From positions 694 through 64,693 of the IMG/VR virus record IMGVR_UViG_3300005662_000042: a DNA stretch of 64,000 nucleotides. One strand, 5' to 3'. Both the position numbers and the translations under genes were made by a program. The notes under the pieces were generated by a model. It was not told the DNA's origin, searched no databases, and was given only the letters and a program-made list of their open reading frames with translations. Origin of the DNA: a virus (taxonomy: Duplodnaviria; Caudoviricetes). Shown in pieces: positions 39,001 to 47,647 of the stretch. How positions within the stretch are numbered: the stretch's first letter is position 1; each line of letters starts with the position of its first letter.

Positions 39001-39308
39001 CAAGATACGTAAAGGTCAGCGACATGAGCCCAGACTCAGAAAATTCTTTTGTAGATTATTTATATAAAAAGAAGTATGATCTAGAAGAAGATGAGTATTA
39101 CGTAGTAGATTTTACTCCATACGTAACAAAGGCTGGCAAAACAATGAGCCACATAGTTCTGGCAAATGCTGACAAGGAGTTAACCAGAGCAATTGTTTTT
39201 CCTACAATGTATAAAATGTCTCTTGCAAAGATGCGAGAGGGAATGAAGTGTAAGGTTGTGCTGTCTAAATTAGATGATGGCACTTTAAATGTAAAGGAAA
39301 TAAAATGA
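36042..39308 (+). CDS. dnaE: DNA polymerase III alpha subunit
   Basis: PHP domain HLHVHSYYSLMDG; GRGSAAGSLV; PDIDTD; GYSFNRSHA. Confidence 0.97.
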   Translation: MSFTHLHVHSYYSLMDGLNSPLELVQAAKAAGQTAIAITDHGTLSSHREMQIACREEGIKPILGVEAYISPTDRFDKSSKTDKSIQAYNHIILLAKNKKGLENINTLQEIAWNEGFYHKPRIDREILNEYSEGIIVLSGCLNGLISKAIEKGEFSEAKMVLKDFQKTFGKDFYVEVQSHNPEEINSKLLELADELGIKAVATGDAHFAKEEDRVLEEAMLILSTSPKMDKDADFEMSRQIKDINDRLNYLYPDRRISFQDYNLFIQSRSEIEADFNKAGITRKDIYENTMEIADKIGEYDFNSGLDLLPVPKTDADQKLSQMASEGLKRLNLVDQVYLERLKEELSVIKDKSFASYFLVVADMINWAKENDIKVGPGRGSAAGSLVCYALGITDVDPIKYDLLFFRFINPERNDFPDIDTDFEDRRRKEVKDYLKKKFKHVASISTYTYFKDKGVIRDAARVFMVPLSDVNRAMKSIDTFEDFIESPNTKEFRNKYPEVVWLADRLRGRIRSVGVHAAGVVVAKDDLRKYAPVESRADASDLVSGRIPVVAYDMDTVADIGLIKLDALGLKTLSVISDTLASIKKRTGKDINLSELSLDDASVYKVLSDGYTKGVFQAEATPYTNLLIKMGVDKFEDLAASNALVRPGAMNTVGASYIKRKHGDEAVQFIHPIMKPFTENTYGVIIYQEQVMQACVHLGGMTWSEADKVRKIIGKKKDAKEFDEFKDRFIDGASKHISKKQAETLWHTFEAHAGYSFNRSHAVAYSMLSYYTAWLKTYYPLEFMFSILKNENDKDARTEYLIEAKRLGLSVKLPHINESDIYFSLQGESIRFGLAEVKFISDSIANKIIDKRPYRDYAEFIEKASSKGSGINSRAINALNAIGGAAFDDNKRQGNEKDNYYEYLGIPTFNLEGIPPRIKAQARPIEEFDDLGSFVMFGMVKSIKRGSGWARVELVDETGSIGLFHTEQTQIETGQMYFILVGDNRIARYVKVSDMSPDSENSFVDYLYKKKYDLEEDEYYVVDFTPYVTKAGKTMSHIVLANADKELTRAIVFPTMYKMSLAKMREGMKCKVVLSKLDDGTLNVKEIK

Positions 39309-39517
39309 CAGAAGAAAATACAGCATCTGCGCCAGAAGATATATTCAAGTCACTTAGCGTTACAAGAATTTTAGTTGGTGCGATAGAAACCCTAGGAGAA
39401 ATAACTATACCAACCAGCGTATTTTTAAATGCGACTGCAGAAGATAAAGAATTGCAGGTTGATTACAACTCAGATGATCAGACATTTGTGTTTAAGCTAA
39501 AGTCTTCAAATGAATAA
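39305..39517 (+). CDS. Hypothetical protein
   Basis: 70 aa; ATGA overlap. Confidence 0.6.
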   Translation: MTEENTASAPEDIFKSLSVTRILVGAIETLGEITIPTSVFLNATAEDKELQVDYNSDDQTFVFKLKSSNE

Positions 39518-39845
39518 GACGTCCTACGACCTGGATAAGCTTGCTTTAATTTTGCATGAGACAGCAATTGAAAAAGGTTTTTGGGATAACCCAAAGAACT
39601 TTGATGTCTTTGGGAACAAGCTTGCACTAGTTCATTCTGAAGTTACAGAAGTCCTTGAAGCAATTAGAAAGAATAAAGGTTCGGAAGAGATTGTTGAAGA
39701 AATGGCTGATGTTCTAATTAGAACTCTTGATCTTTATGCATCAATGTTTAATGGAGGATTCATTACTCACAGCTTAGATGAAATTTTATTTAAGAAAATG
39801 GAAATAAATAAAGATAGACCAAAGCTTCACGGCAATTTATTTTAA
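39510..39845 (+). CDS. mazG: MazG-like nucleotide pyrophosphohydrolase
   Basis: LVHSEVTEVLEA...EEMADVLIR all-alpha NTP-PPase motif. Confidence 0.8.
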   Translation: MNKTSYDLDKLALILHETAIEKGFWDNPKNFDVFGNKLALVHSEVTEVLEAIRKNKGSEEIVEEMADVLIRTLDLYASMFNGGFITHSLDEILFKKMEINKDRPKLHGNLF

Positions 39846-39854
39846 TGATATAAT
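39846..39854 (+). promoter_or_regulatory. Extended -10 promoter for recA
   Basis: TGaTATAAT 22 nt before the ATG. Confidence 0.5.
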
Positions 39855-39875
39855 TGTATAAAAGAAAGAGAAAAA

Positions 39876-40880
39876 ATGACTATAGCAATAGATGATATTC
39901 TAGCGGCACTAGATCCAAAAACAAGAGCAAGAGTAAAAGCAGCACAAGATGTAAAAGTTGAAAAGCAAAAGACACCAAGCATTGGGTTAAATATGGCCCT
40001 TAAAGGTGGACTTGGGTATGGGCGACAAGTTCTTGTATGGGGAAATAAGTCTGCAGGTAAATCTTCGTTTTGCTTGCAGATGATTGCCTTGGCACAAAAA
40101 GAAGGAAAGACCTGTGCATGGATTGATGCAGAAGCTTCATATGACCAAACATGGGCCGAGACATTGGGCGTAGATTCATCTTCTCTTATCTATTCTCCAG
40201 CAAAAACAGTAAATGATATGGTTGATGTTGCTACAAAGCTAATGGATGCAGGAGTGGATATAATTGTTGTAGACTCTATATCTGCATTGTTGCCAGCAAT
40301 TTATTTTGAAAAAGATGGAAATGAAATGAAGGATTTGCAAGATACAAAGCAAATCGGCGCAGAAGCAAAGGATATGACCCACGCAGTCAAGATGTTAAAC
40401 TATGCAAACAAAAACACACTACTTGTTCTCATCTCTCAACAGCGAAATCAGTTTGGATCCATGCATGCTAGTCACATCCCAACAGGTGGCATGGCAGTCA
40501 AGTTCTTTTCTTCCACAGTCATTAAGCTCTGGTCGTCTGAAGCTGAGGCTAATGCTATTAAGGCTGGCGTTAAAGTTGGCGACAAAATTATCGAACAAAG
40601 AGTCGGAAGACCAGTTAACTGGATTATTGATTACAACAAGCTCGGCCCCCCAAATCTATCAGGACAATACGACTTTTATTACCAAGGGGAAGCTCTTGGT
40701 GTAGATATTGTAGGTGAAACCCTAGATGCTGCTGAAATGTGCGGAATTATTGAAAAGGGTGGCGCATGGTATACTATAAATAAAGAAAGAATACAGGGTA
40801 GACCAAAGGCTGTTCAGTATTTACGTGATAATCCAGATGTAGTTCTGTCTTTGCAGAAGGAAATAGATGCCAAATATTAA
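39876..40880 (+). CDS. recA: RecA/UvsX-like recombinase
   Basis: GNKSAGKS Walker A; WIDAE; VVDSISAL; PTGGMAVKFFSS; KGGAWY. Confidence 0.93.
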   Translation: MTIAIDDILAALDPKTRARVKAAQDVKVEKQKTPSIGLNMALKGGLGYGRQVLVWGNKSAGKSSFCLQMIALAQKEGKTCAWIDAEASYDQTWAETLGVDSSSLIYSPAKTVNDMVDVATKLMDAGVDIIVVDSISALLPAIYFEKDGNEMKDLQDTKQIGAEAKDMTHAVKMLNYANKNTLLVLISQQRNQFGSMHASHIPTGGMAVKFFSSTVIKLWSSEAEANAIKAGVKVGDKIIEQRVGRPVNWIIDYNKLGPPNLSGQYDFYYQGEALGVDIVGETLDAAEMCGIIEKGGAWYTINKERIQGRPKAVQYLRDNPDVVLSLQKEIDAKY

Positions 40881-41055
40881 TGAGTTTTTAAATAGTAAAG
40901 ATTCTGAGTTTGCTAACTTAGAAGAAATCGCTGGTCAAAAGCCATGCTCTAAATGCGAAGAGTTTTCCAGTAGTTATTTCTGGGATGCTTCTAGTTTTAC
41001 TATGAACTGGAAATGTAAAAGTGGGCACCCAAATCAGGTAAAGGTTAACCTATGA
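40867..41055 (+). CDS. Small zinc-ribbon protein
   Basis: CSKC...CKSGH. Confidence 0.6.
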   Translation: MPNINEFLNSKDSEFANLEEIAGQKPCSKCEEFSSSYFWDASSFTMNWKCKSGHPNQVKVNL

Positions 41056-41825
41056 TAGAAAAGATTGTAATCGCCCCACAAATTATAGTTTATAAAAATG
41101 CTTTATCAAATAGCAGATCTATTATAGATATGATTGAGTCTGCAGACGAAGTCAAATGGGAAACCTGGTATGAAAATGGATGGAGATCTTCAGTAGACTT
41201 TGATAAAACAAAAGGAGAAGAGTCCTCTCCAATACAAGACATATGCAATGCGTTTGACTATGTTGCAAATGATTACATGTCAGACTATTTAGGTGATAGA
41301 GGGGTCTGGCCTACCTTTATAAAAAATTGGGATAGTACTAATCTAAATCAAGATAACTATAAGATAGACTTCTTTAAGTATAGCCACCTATCTTTTGAAA
41401 ACATGAAATGGGAATCAGATTTATTAATGAAATACCATGTAGACGAATTTGATGCAGACGGTGTATTTAAGAAATACAAAAATATAGTTACAATAAACTT
41501 TTACCTAAATGACGATTACGAAGGTGGCGAGATCTGTGCTTACAATAAGGACTTGAATGTAAGCTATAGGTATAAGCCAGTGGCTGGAGATGCAGTTGTT
41601 ATGCCCTCTGCTAGTCCATTTTTTCATGCAGTAAAGCCATTCTATATGAAGGATAGATATTTTTTAAGATTATTTATTACATACGATCAAGGAGAAGATG
41701 TGGCTAACAACTATGGAGATTTCTATTCTGAAGAGCACCATGTCGGACATCAGGCAGAAAAAGATTTTATAGATAAAGATTTTCAATTTTTAAATGTTAA
41801 CATTAAAGAAGTAGAGGTAAGATAA
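41052..41825 (+). CDS. 2OG-Fe(II) oxygenase, prolyl-4-hydroxylase-like
   Basis: HxD (YHVD), INFYLNDDYEGGEI, FHAVKP, DRYFL. Confidence 0.85.
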   Translation: MIEKIVIAPQIIVYKNALSNSRSIIDMIESADEVKWETWYENGWRSSVDFDKTKGEESSPIQDICNAFDYVANDYMSDYLGDRGVWPTFIKNWDSTNLNQDNYKIDFFKYSHLSFENMKWESDLLMKYHVDEFDADGVFKKYKNIVTINFYLNDDYEGGEICAYNKDLNVSYRYKPVAGDAVVMPSASPFFHAVKPFYMKDRYFLRLFITYDQGEDVANNYGDFYSEEHHVGHQAEKDFIDKDFQFLNVNIKEVEVR

Positions 41826-42130
41826 TGTCTGAAAGATCTGAAGTCAAAAGAGACGGAGCTAAGGCTCAAAAAAATTCAGGTAGGGGAGATTACCAAAAAG
41901 GAGATGCACAATGGAATCAGTTCCTTGTAGATTACAAAGAAGCTGGAACGTCATTCACTTTAAACAAAGACAACTGGGCAAAAATCTGTACTGATACATT
42001 TAAAGTAAATAGAAATATGCACCCAGCGTTAAAAATTATTATTGGAAGTGAGTCTAAAGTTAGACTTGGTATTATTGAGTGGTCCGTACTGGAAGAACTC
42101 ATAGAGTTTTGGGAGGATAACAATGTATAA
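41825..42130 (+). CDS. PD-(D/E)xK nuclease, Holliday junction resolvase-like
   Basis: KNSGRG...KGDA...LVDYKE. Confidence 0.65.
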   Translation: MSERSEVKRDGAKAQKNSGRGDYQKGDAQWNQFLVDYKEAGTSFTLNKDNWAKICTDTFKVNRNMHPALKIIIGSESKVRLGIIEWSVLEELIEFWEDNNV

Positions 42131-42815
42131 ACTTGATGTTTATTTAGGGAATAATGTAAAGAGCGCAAAGATAAAGCCACTTACAGCCAAGAGGGACTGG
42201 ATGGAAACTCTTGCATACAACTGCTACCCAATGACCTCAGCAAATCTATTAGGGTACTATATTTATTTTGAAGAAGACGTTTCTTTTATTTGGGATGGAG
42301 ACAATTTAACTCCAGCCAAGCCTACAAATGGATCTGAAAATGTTTGGGTCGGTAGACCATTTGGTACAGTAAGCTTTGAAACTAATTTAGTGTTTAAGTC
42401 TGATCCAGACACTAGCATTTTAATTGGTCCACCACCAAATCATTTTATTGAAGGTGCAAACGTTATTAGCAGTCTAGTATCATCTTCATTTTTTACAGGA
42501 GCATTACCTATAGTCTGGAAGCTTCATGTTCCAAACAAAGAATATTTTATTCCAGCAGGCACCCCCATAGCATCAGTATTGCCACTGTCACTATCTGCAT
42601 TTGATAATTCAGAAATTAATTTTACTGGCGAGGTTTATGAGGGATACAGATTGCATAATGATTCAGAGTACATAGACTGGATTCATAATCAATATGCTGA
42701 GAATGATGTTTGGCCTAAAGTATATGAAAAAGGTAAAGATCATAAAGGTAATAAAGTCGGAGAGCATGAGGTTCAAAGATTAAAGATGCATATTAAATAC
42801 GGTGATAAGAAATGA
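42123..42815 (+). CDS. DUF6065-like (dUTPase-fold-like) hypothetical protein
   Basis: KRDWM...YNCYPMTSANLLGY...GTPIASVLP. Confidence 0.55.
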   Translation: MYKLDVYLGNNVKSAKIKPLTAKRDWMETLAYNCYPMTSANLLGYYIYFEEDVSFIWDGDNLTPAKPTNGSENVWVGRPFGTVSFETNLVFKSDPDTSILIGPPPNHFIEGANVISSLVSSSFFTGALPIVWKLHVPNKEYFIPAGTPIASVLPLSLSAFDNSEINFTGEVYEGYRLHNDSEYIDWIHNQYAENDVWPKVYEKGKDHKGNKVGEHEVQRLKMHIKYGDKK

Positions 42816-42916
42816 CTATCTTTTTATTTGGAGTAATGGTAGGATTAGTAGTTGGTTACCCGCTTGGGTTATTCATTGACAAAATAGATAAAAGGATTAA
42901 AAATGGCGGAAGATAA
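42812..42916 (+). CDS. 34-aa membrane peptide (not in the ORF track)
   Basis: MTIFLFGVMVGLVVGYPLGLFIDKIDKRIKNGGR*; ATGA overlap. Confidence 0.5.
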   Translation: MTIFLFGVMVGLVVGYPLGLFIDKIDKRIKNGGR

Positions 42917-43241
42917 AAATACACTTCAACTTATTAGCGATATCACAGAGTTTAATGACCTGCATGAGTATATGAAAGACGAACACCTGGATAAAGCGCT
43001 GGCTATAGTTGTAAAGATATTGATGAACCCAGAGGTTCCTTCTGCAAAAGCCCCTATGCTAATTATGGAGCTTCAGGCAATGTCCACTAAATTTGCAGTA
43101 ATGGCTTCTGTTTATTCTACAATTGCTAAGGACAAAGCTGGAACAGTAAATAATAATAAGAAGAATGTATATTATTCAGTGAAGGAGTCCATAGACAAAC
43201 TTGTAGATGCGCTTAAGTATGTCGTTAGGTATAACTCATGA
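42903..43241 (+). CDS. Hypothetical helical protein
   Basis: 112-aa ORF in the recombination module. Confidence 0.65.
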   Translation: MAEDKNTLQLISDITEFNDLHEYMKDEHLDKALAIVVKILMNPEVPSAKAPMLIMELQAMSTKFAVMASVYSTIAKDKAGTVNNNKKNVYYSVKESIDKLVDALKYVVRYNS

Positions 43242-43315
43242 GTTGGCTTCAGGCTTTAATTATCTTTGGTCCTATTCTTGTATTGGTTGTGGCTTTTTGG
43301 GAGGACATTAGATAA
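43238..43315 (+). CDS. 25-aa membrane peptide (not in the ORF track)
   Basis: MSWLQALIIFGPILVLVVAFWEDIR*; ATGA at the start and TAATG at the end. Confidence 0.5.
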   Translation: MSWLQALIIFGPILVLVVAFWEDIR

Positions 43316-44106
43316 TGGGTAGAGAAATAGTTAGAAATTTAAAGTTTAAAAAGCATACTGGAAAATTTTTTGATCCAGAGCTTTTTGCACAGCTTTTGGA
43401 TGAGTCGTATAGAAATACAAAACGTGCAGATGGCGATATGACTAAGAAGTCATTTAGCCCTAGTTCGCTAGGATATGGCCACGGAACATGTCCTAGATAT
43501 TGGTACATGGCATTTTCTGGTGCAATGTTTATCGATAACAATGATGCTATCGCAGTAGCTAATATGGCACAAGGAACTCAGGCTCATGAAAGATTACAGA
43601 ATCTTATTAAGACTATGCCTCAGTGGAGAGCAGAAGAAGAAGAGATTGTTAATGAGTACCCACCTATTAGAGGCTTCATAGATTTAATTATGGAGTACGA
43701 TGGAGAGACAGTAATTGGTGAAATCAAAACGGCAAAGCAAGAGGTCTGGGATACTAGACAGTCAGAGATGAAATCATCAGCAAACCATATGCTTCAGCTT
43801 CTTACATATATGAAGCTTAAGAATGCAAAAGAGGGCTTCTTTCTGTATGAAAATAAAAACACTCAAGAGGTACTAGTCATTCCGATTTCAATGAATGAAA
43901 AGAATACAAAGATTATTGAGGACGCATTCCTATGGATGCAGGAGGTCTGGGATAATTTCCAAAATGGCGATCTTCCAATGAGGCCTGCAGGTGCAACTAA
44001 ATCTAAAATGCCCTGTACATATTGCCCAATTAAAAAAGAATGCTATTCAAAAGAAACTCCAGTCGGAACAGTTCAAATTGAGAAGTATCAGGTGCCAGTT
44101 ATATGA
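43315..44106 (+). CDS. Cas4-like PD-(D/E)xK exonuclease
   Basis: CPR, GTQAHE, RGFID...GEIKT, HxxQLxxY, CxxCxxxxxC Fe-S cysteines. Confidence 0.85.
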   Translation: MGREIVRNLKFKKHTGKFFDPELFAQLLDESYRNTKRADGDMTKKSFSPSSLGYGHGTCPRYWYMAFSGAMFIDNNDAIAVANMAQGTQAHERLQNLIKTMPQWRAEEEEIVNEYPPIRGFIDLIMEYDGETVIGEIKTAKQEVWDTRQSEMKSSANHMLQLLTYMKLKNAKEGFFLYENKNTQEVLVIPISMNEKNTKIIEDAFLWMQEVWDNFQNGDLPMRPAGATKSKMPCTYCPIKKECYSKETPVGTVQIEKYQVPVI

Positions 44107-44381
44107 TATGCTTAAATACTGATTGCTCAAAATCATTTGATCCAAAGACACATAATCAAAAGTATTGTTCAGATGAATGTTGTAGAGTAGCTACTAATAA
44201 AAAAATAATGGAAAAGTATTATGAAAAAAAAGCAATCAAGAATGGTGCAAAAAGAAATTGCAAAAAATGTAATGTAGTTTTAAGTAGATATAACTCTTTG
44301 AACATATGCTCTAGGTGTGAAAAAAATAAATCAGTAGAAAATAAAAAAAAGATTATTGGAATGATCAATGACATTAGCTAG
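44103..44381 (+). CDS. Zinc-finger protein
   Basis: CxxxxC...YCSDEC; CKKC...CSRC. Confidence 0.65.
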   Translation: MICLNTDCSKSFDPKTHNQKYCSDECCRVATNKKIMEKYYEKKAIKNGAKRNCKKCNVVLSRYNSLNICSRCEKNKSVENKKKIIGMINDIS

Positions 44382-44934
44382 CCTAGTTAAAACAAAAGCA
44401 AACAGGGTGTTGGGGATAGATGCATCTACAACTTCTATAGCATTTTGCCTTATGGAAAATGATACCCCTATCAAATGGGGTAAGATCAACCTTGTAGGTA
44501 ATGATATATATGAGAAAATTCATGATGCTAAAAACAAGATGCATATGATGCTAGGTGAATTAAAGAGCGATTATATTGCGGTAGAAGGTGCTATACTTGT
44601 TAGATCACCCGATGCTGTGATAAAATTATCTTATGTCTATGGTGTTGTTATTGCTGAGTTAATGTCTACGGGGGCCTCAGTTATTACTATATCTCCCAGC
44701 TCCTGGCAGTCGTATATTGGGAATAAGAACCCTACAAAAGATGAAAAGCAGGCAATAAGAGTAAAAAATCCTGGTTATGCAGAATCATGGTATAAAAATC
44801 AACTGCGTAATATGAGGAAACAAAGAACGGCAGATTATTTTAATAAGAAATATAAATTAGATGTAGTAGATTTTGACGTTGCAGATTCATTTGGAATTGC
44901 ACACTATGCAAACAAAGTGCTTACAGAAAGGTAA
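44368..44934 (+). CDS. RuvC-like Holliday junction resolvase
   Basis: LGIDASTT, IAVEG, DVADSFGIA. Confidence 0.75.
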   Translation: MTLASLVKTKANRVLGIDASTTSIAFCLMENDTPIKWGKINLVGNDIYEKIHDAKNKMHMMLGELKSDYIAVEGAILVRSPDAVIKLSYVYGVVIAELMSTGASVITISPSSWQSYIGNKNPTKDEKQAIRVKNPGYAESWYKNQLRNMRKQRTADYFNKKYKLDVVDFDVADSFGIAHYANKVLTER

Positions 44935-44936
44935 AC

Positions 44937-45695
44937 ATGATTATTCAAATTATAGGACTCCCAGGCTCAGGTAAAACAGAGTTAGCTAAGGCACTTAAGG
45001 AGCGCATTAATGCTATTCACCTTAACGCAGATGAAGTTCGTGCAACAGTAAACTCAGACCTAGGATTTTCTCCAGACGACAGGCTTGAGCAGTCAAGACG
45101 AATGGGTGAAATGGCAAGGCTAATTGCCAAGCAAGGGGTTGCTCCAGTAATCGTTGACTTTGTCTGTCCAACAGAACTTACACGTGCAGCATTTGGTACA
45201 CCAGATATTTTAGTTTGGGTTGATAGAATTAAGCAGGGAAGATTTGAAGACACCAACAAGATGTGGGAAGACCCAGAAAAATTTGATGCAAGAATACCTG
45301 CAGACTATACAGTTGAACAAGAAGCAGATTATATAATTAATAAGTTTAATCTTCACGACTGGTCTGCTCCAACAACATTAATGCTTGGTCGCTACCAACC
45401 ATGGCATGAAGGCCACCATGCACTCTATAAAGAAGCTGGCAAAAGAACAGATCAAGTACTTCTTGGAGTACGCAATACATACAACACAAGTGAAAAGGAT
45501 CCATTAAAATTTGATCAGGTAAAAGAATATATTGCCAAGGATGAATTTATGGACGGTGCATTAGTATTAAGACTACCAAACATTACTAACATAGTTTATG
45601 GTCGTGATGTAGGATACAAGATTGAACAAGTAGATTTGGGGGCAGACATTCATGCTATTTCAGCTACTCAGAAACGTAAAGAAATGGGTATCTGA
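44937..45695 (+). CDS. cysC: APS kinase (CysC-like) fused to an HxGH nucleotidyltransferase
   Basis: GLPGSGKT, LNADEVR, DLGFSPDDRLEQSRR, VDFVCP; C-terminal GRYQPWHEGH. Confidence 0.75.
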   Translation: MIIQIIGLPGSGKTELAKALKERINAIHLNADEVRATVNSDLGFSPDDRLEQSRRMGEMARLIAKQGVAPVIVDFVCPTELTRAAFGTPDILVWVDRIKQGRFEDTNKMWEDPEKFDARIPADYTVEQEADYIINKFNLHDWSAPTTLMLGRYQPWHEGHHALYKEAGKRTDQVLLGVRNTYNTSEKDPLKFDQVKEYIAKDEFMDGALVLRLPNITNIVYGRDVGYKIEQVDLGADIHAISATQKRKEMGI

Positions 45696-45757
45696 TTTCT
45701 TTTTGACTAATGATTGGGCAGATAAAGAAGCTCAACTATATTTTGAACAGGATAAAG

Positions 45758-45961
45758 ATGACAGTAACAAAGGCTAGATCATTTACTAAAGCACTGAGCT
45801 ATAGAATCTGGGGTACACTTTCTTCATTTGTTGTTGCCTATGTGATAACAGGGGATGCCACACTTTCAGGAGCCATAGCCTTTTGGGAAACAGTAGTTAA
45901 GGTATTTATTTATTATGCTCACGAAAGAGGCTGGAATAAAATTCAGTGGGGTAGAAAATGA
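45758..45961 (+). CDS. DUF2061-like membrane protein
   Basis: RSFTKALSYRIWGT...YYAHERGWNKIQWG. Confidence 0.8.
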   Translation: MTVTKARSFTKALSYRIWGTLSSFVVAYVITGDATLSGAIAFWETVVKVFIYYAHERGWNKIQWGRK

Positions 45962-46101
45962 AATTCTATCAAAGCAAAGAGTGGCTATACAGAAGGTATG
46001 TTGTACAAAAGAAAACTGTAACTGAGATAGGCAAAGAGTGTCAAGTCTCAGCTATGACTATTCAAAGATACTTGGAAAAGTTTGGGATAATAAAAAAATG
46101 A
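45958..46101 (+). CDS. Small HTH protein (not in the ORF track)
   Basis: MKFYQSKEWLYRRYVVQKKTVTEIGKECQVSAMTIQRYLEKFGIIKK*; ATGA overlaps at both ends. Confidence 0.65.
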   Translation: MKFYQSKEWLYRRYVVQKKTVTEIGKECQVSAMTIQRYLEKFGIIKK

Positions 46102-46703
46102 TAAAAAATATATTTATTATTGGAGAAAGCCAGATTGCATACGCATCTGGAGGGGTTGTTCATGCTGGCCCATTAAAGGCTTTAGAGTATGGCTCACACA
46201 GTAGATCAAAGTCTGGATATGATTTAAAGTTCTTGTGGCAACACAGCCGAACAACATATAAGATTGACTTTGCCTATCTAGAAGATTTATTTAAAAATAA
46301 TATATCTGAGCTAGGCGAGCACTCAGTAATTGTTTCAGAGTTTGGAGGTATGGATGCAGCTTTAAATCAGTACCAAAAGCATAACAATATGGAAGAAGTT
46401 ATTACTAGGTACACTAGTGAAATTATTAAATTTTCTAAAAAATATAACACTAAGTTAATATTCATGTCACCTTGGTGGCTAGTTGAAGATGACAATCACT
46501 ATAAAACCTGGGACGATATGACTCTTCTTTTTAGAAAAATATCAAAAGAAAATAACCTACCTGATCCAATAGAAGTTATGCATAACGTAGTTGGAAGAAT
46601 GTACCCTGTATTAGACGAGTGGAAGCATCATGTTCCAGAAGACTCTGAGCGCATAGTTGACTATGTAATATTAAAGGTAAGTGAGTACTACGGAAATGAT
46701 TAA
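46098..46703 (+). CDS. SGNH/GDSL-like protein, paralog A
   Basis: IFIIGES N-terminal block; FGGMD; C-terminal DEWKHH. Confidence 0.5.
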   Translation: MIKNIFIIGESQIAYASGGVVHAGPLKALEYGSHSRSKSGYDLKFLWQHSRTTYKIDFAYLEDLFKNNISELGEHSVIVSEFGGMDAALNQYQKHNNMEEVITRYTSEIIKFSKKYNTKLIFMSPWWLVEDDNHYKTWDDMTLLFRKISKENNLPDPIEVMHNVVGRMYPVLDEWKHHVPEDSERIVDYVILKVSEYYGND

Positions 46704-47298
46704 AAACATATTTATTATAGGTGACAGTGCAGTGGCGTATGCTTCTGGAGGAATTGAAGTTCCATCTCCTGTTACTCATCTTAAATATGGATCCCACACT
46801 AGAGTAAAGAATGGTTACAATTTAATTTTCTTGTGGCAAGAAAGCAGAGGCGCTTATAAGGTTGACTTTGATTACCTAGAAAATTTATTTAAAGATAATA
46901 TTTCTGATTTAGGCGAAAGCTCTGTAATTGTTGGTGAGTTTGGTGGTATGGATGCTGCCATGCAGTACTATAATAAGTATAATAATATGGAATCGGTTAT
47001 TCGTAATTATACTAGCGAAACAATTAGATTCGGGAAAAAATATAATACTAAAGTAATCTTTATGTCACCATGGTGGCAGTATGAGGATGATGAAGATTAT
47101 CAGATGTGGGAAGATATGTCTCCTATTTTTAGAAAAATATCAGAAGAAAATGGCTTGCCAAAACCGATAGAGCCAATGTATAATGTTATTAATAGAATGT
47201 TTGAAACTGTAGATGAATGGAAACACCATACGCCAGAAGACTCTGAGCGTTGGGTAGATTATGTAATTTTAAAGGTGGAAGAATCTTATGGCTCTTAG
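46696..47298 (+). CDS. SGNH/GDSL-like protein, paralog B
   Basis: IFIIGDS; FGGMD; DEWKHH; colinear with paralog A. Confidence 0.5.
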   Translation: MIKNIFIIGDSAVAYASGGIEVPSPVTHLKYGSHTRVKNGYNLIFLWQESRGAYKVDFDYLENLFKDNISDLGESSVIVGEFGGMDAAMQYYNKYNNMESVIRNYTSETIRFGKKYNTKVIFMSPWWQYEDDEDYQMWEDMSPIFRKISEENGLPKPIEPMYNVINRMFETVDEWKHHTPEDSERWVDYVILKVEESYGS

Positions 47299-47614
47299 TT
47301 CAGTATTTCCAGATGTAAAAAATTTTCATTGCGAGGACCTTTATTTAAGGGCCACTGGCGCACCTGCAGGTAATAGTATATGGAGAACCTGCCATGAGAT
47401 TGCCCATATGTTAATTGAGAAAAATATATCTTACGGCAATTCAGCTTTAGAGCCAGCCAGAATATTTTCAACGGCGGATTCGGTAGAGCAGTTAAAGGTA
47501 CGTATTGACGATAAGCTAAATCGAGTTAAGAATAATCAGGGTTTTGCAGGCGATAATGATATTGATGATCTAATAGGCTACCTAGTTCTATATAAAATAG
47601 CAAAGTCAGTTTGA
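47288..47614 (+). CDS. Nucleotide-modification-associated domain 1 (DUF1599-like) protein
   Basis: LIEKNISYGNS...RIDDKLNR...DLIGYLVL. Confidence 0.7.
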   Translation: MALSSVFPDVKNFHCEDLYLRATGAPAGNSIWRTCHEIAHMLIEKNISYGNSALEPARIFSTADSVEQLKVRIDDKLNRVKNNQGFAGDNDIDDLIGYLVLYKIAKSV

Positions 47615-47639
47615 GTTTTTAGTCAACTAGAAGTATAAT
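47611..47639 (+). promoter_or_regulatory. Promoter for terminase genes
   Basis: TTGAGT-17 nt-TATAAT; the spacer contains TTTTAGTCAACTAG. Confidence 0.6.
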
Positions 47640-47647
47640 ATATATCT

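Noticed and set aside
43315-44106. Cas4-like gene as evidence of a CRISPR-Cas system
   Set aside because: No cas1/cas2, effector gene or repeat-spacer array is visible; solo Cas4-like exonucleases are common in phage recombination modules.
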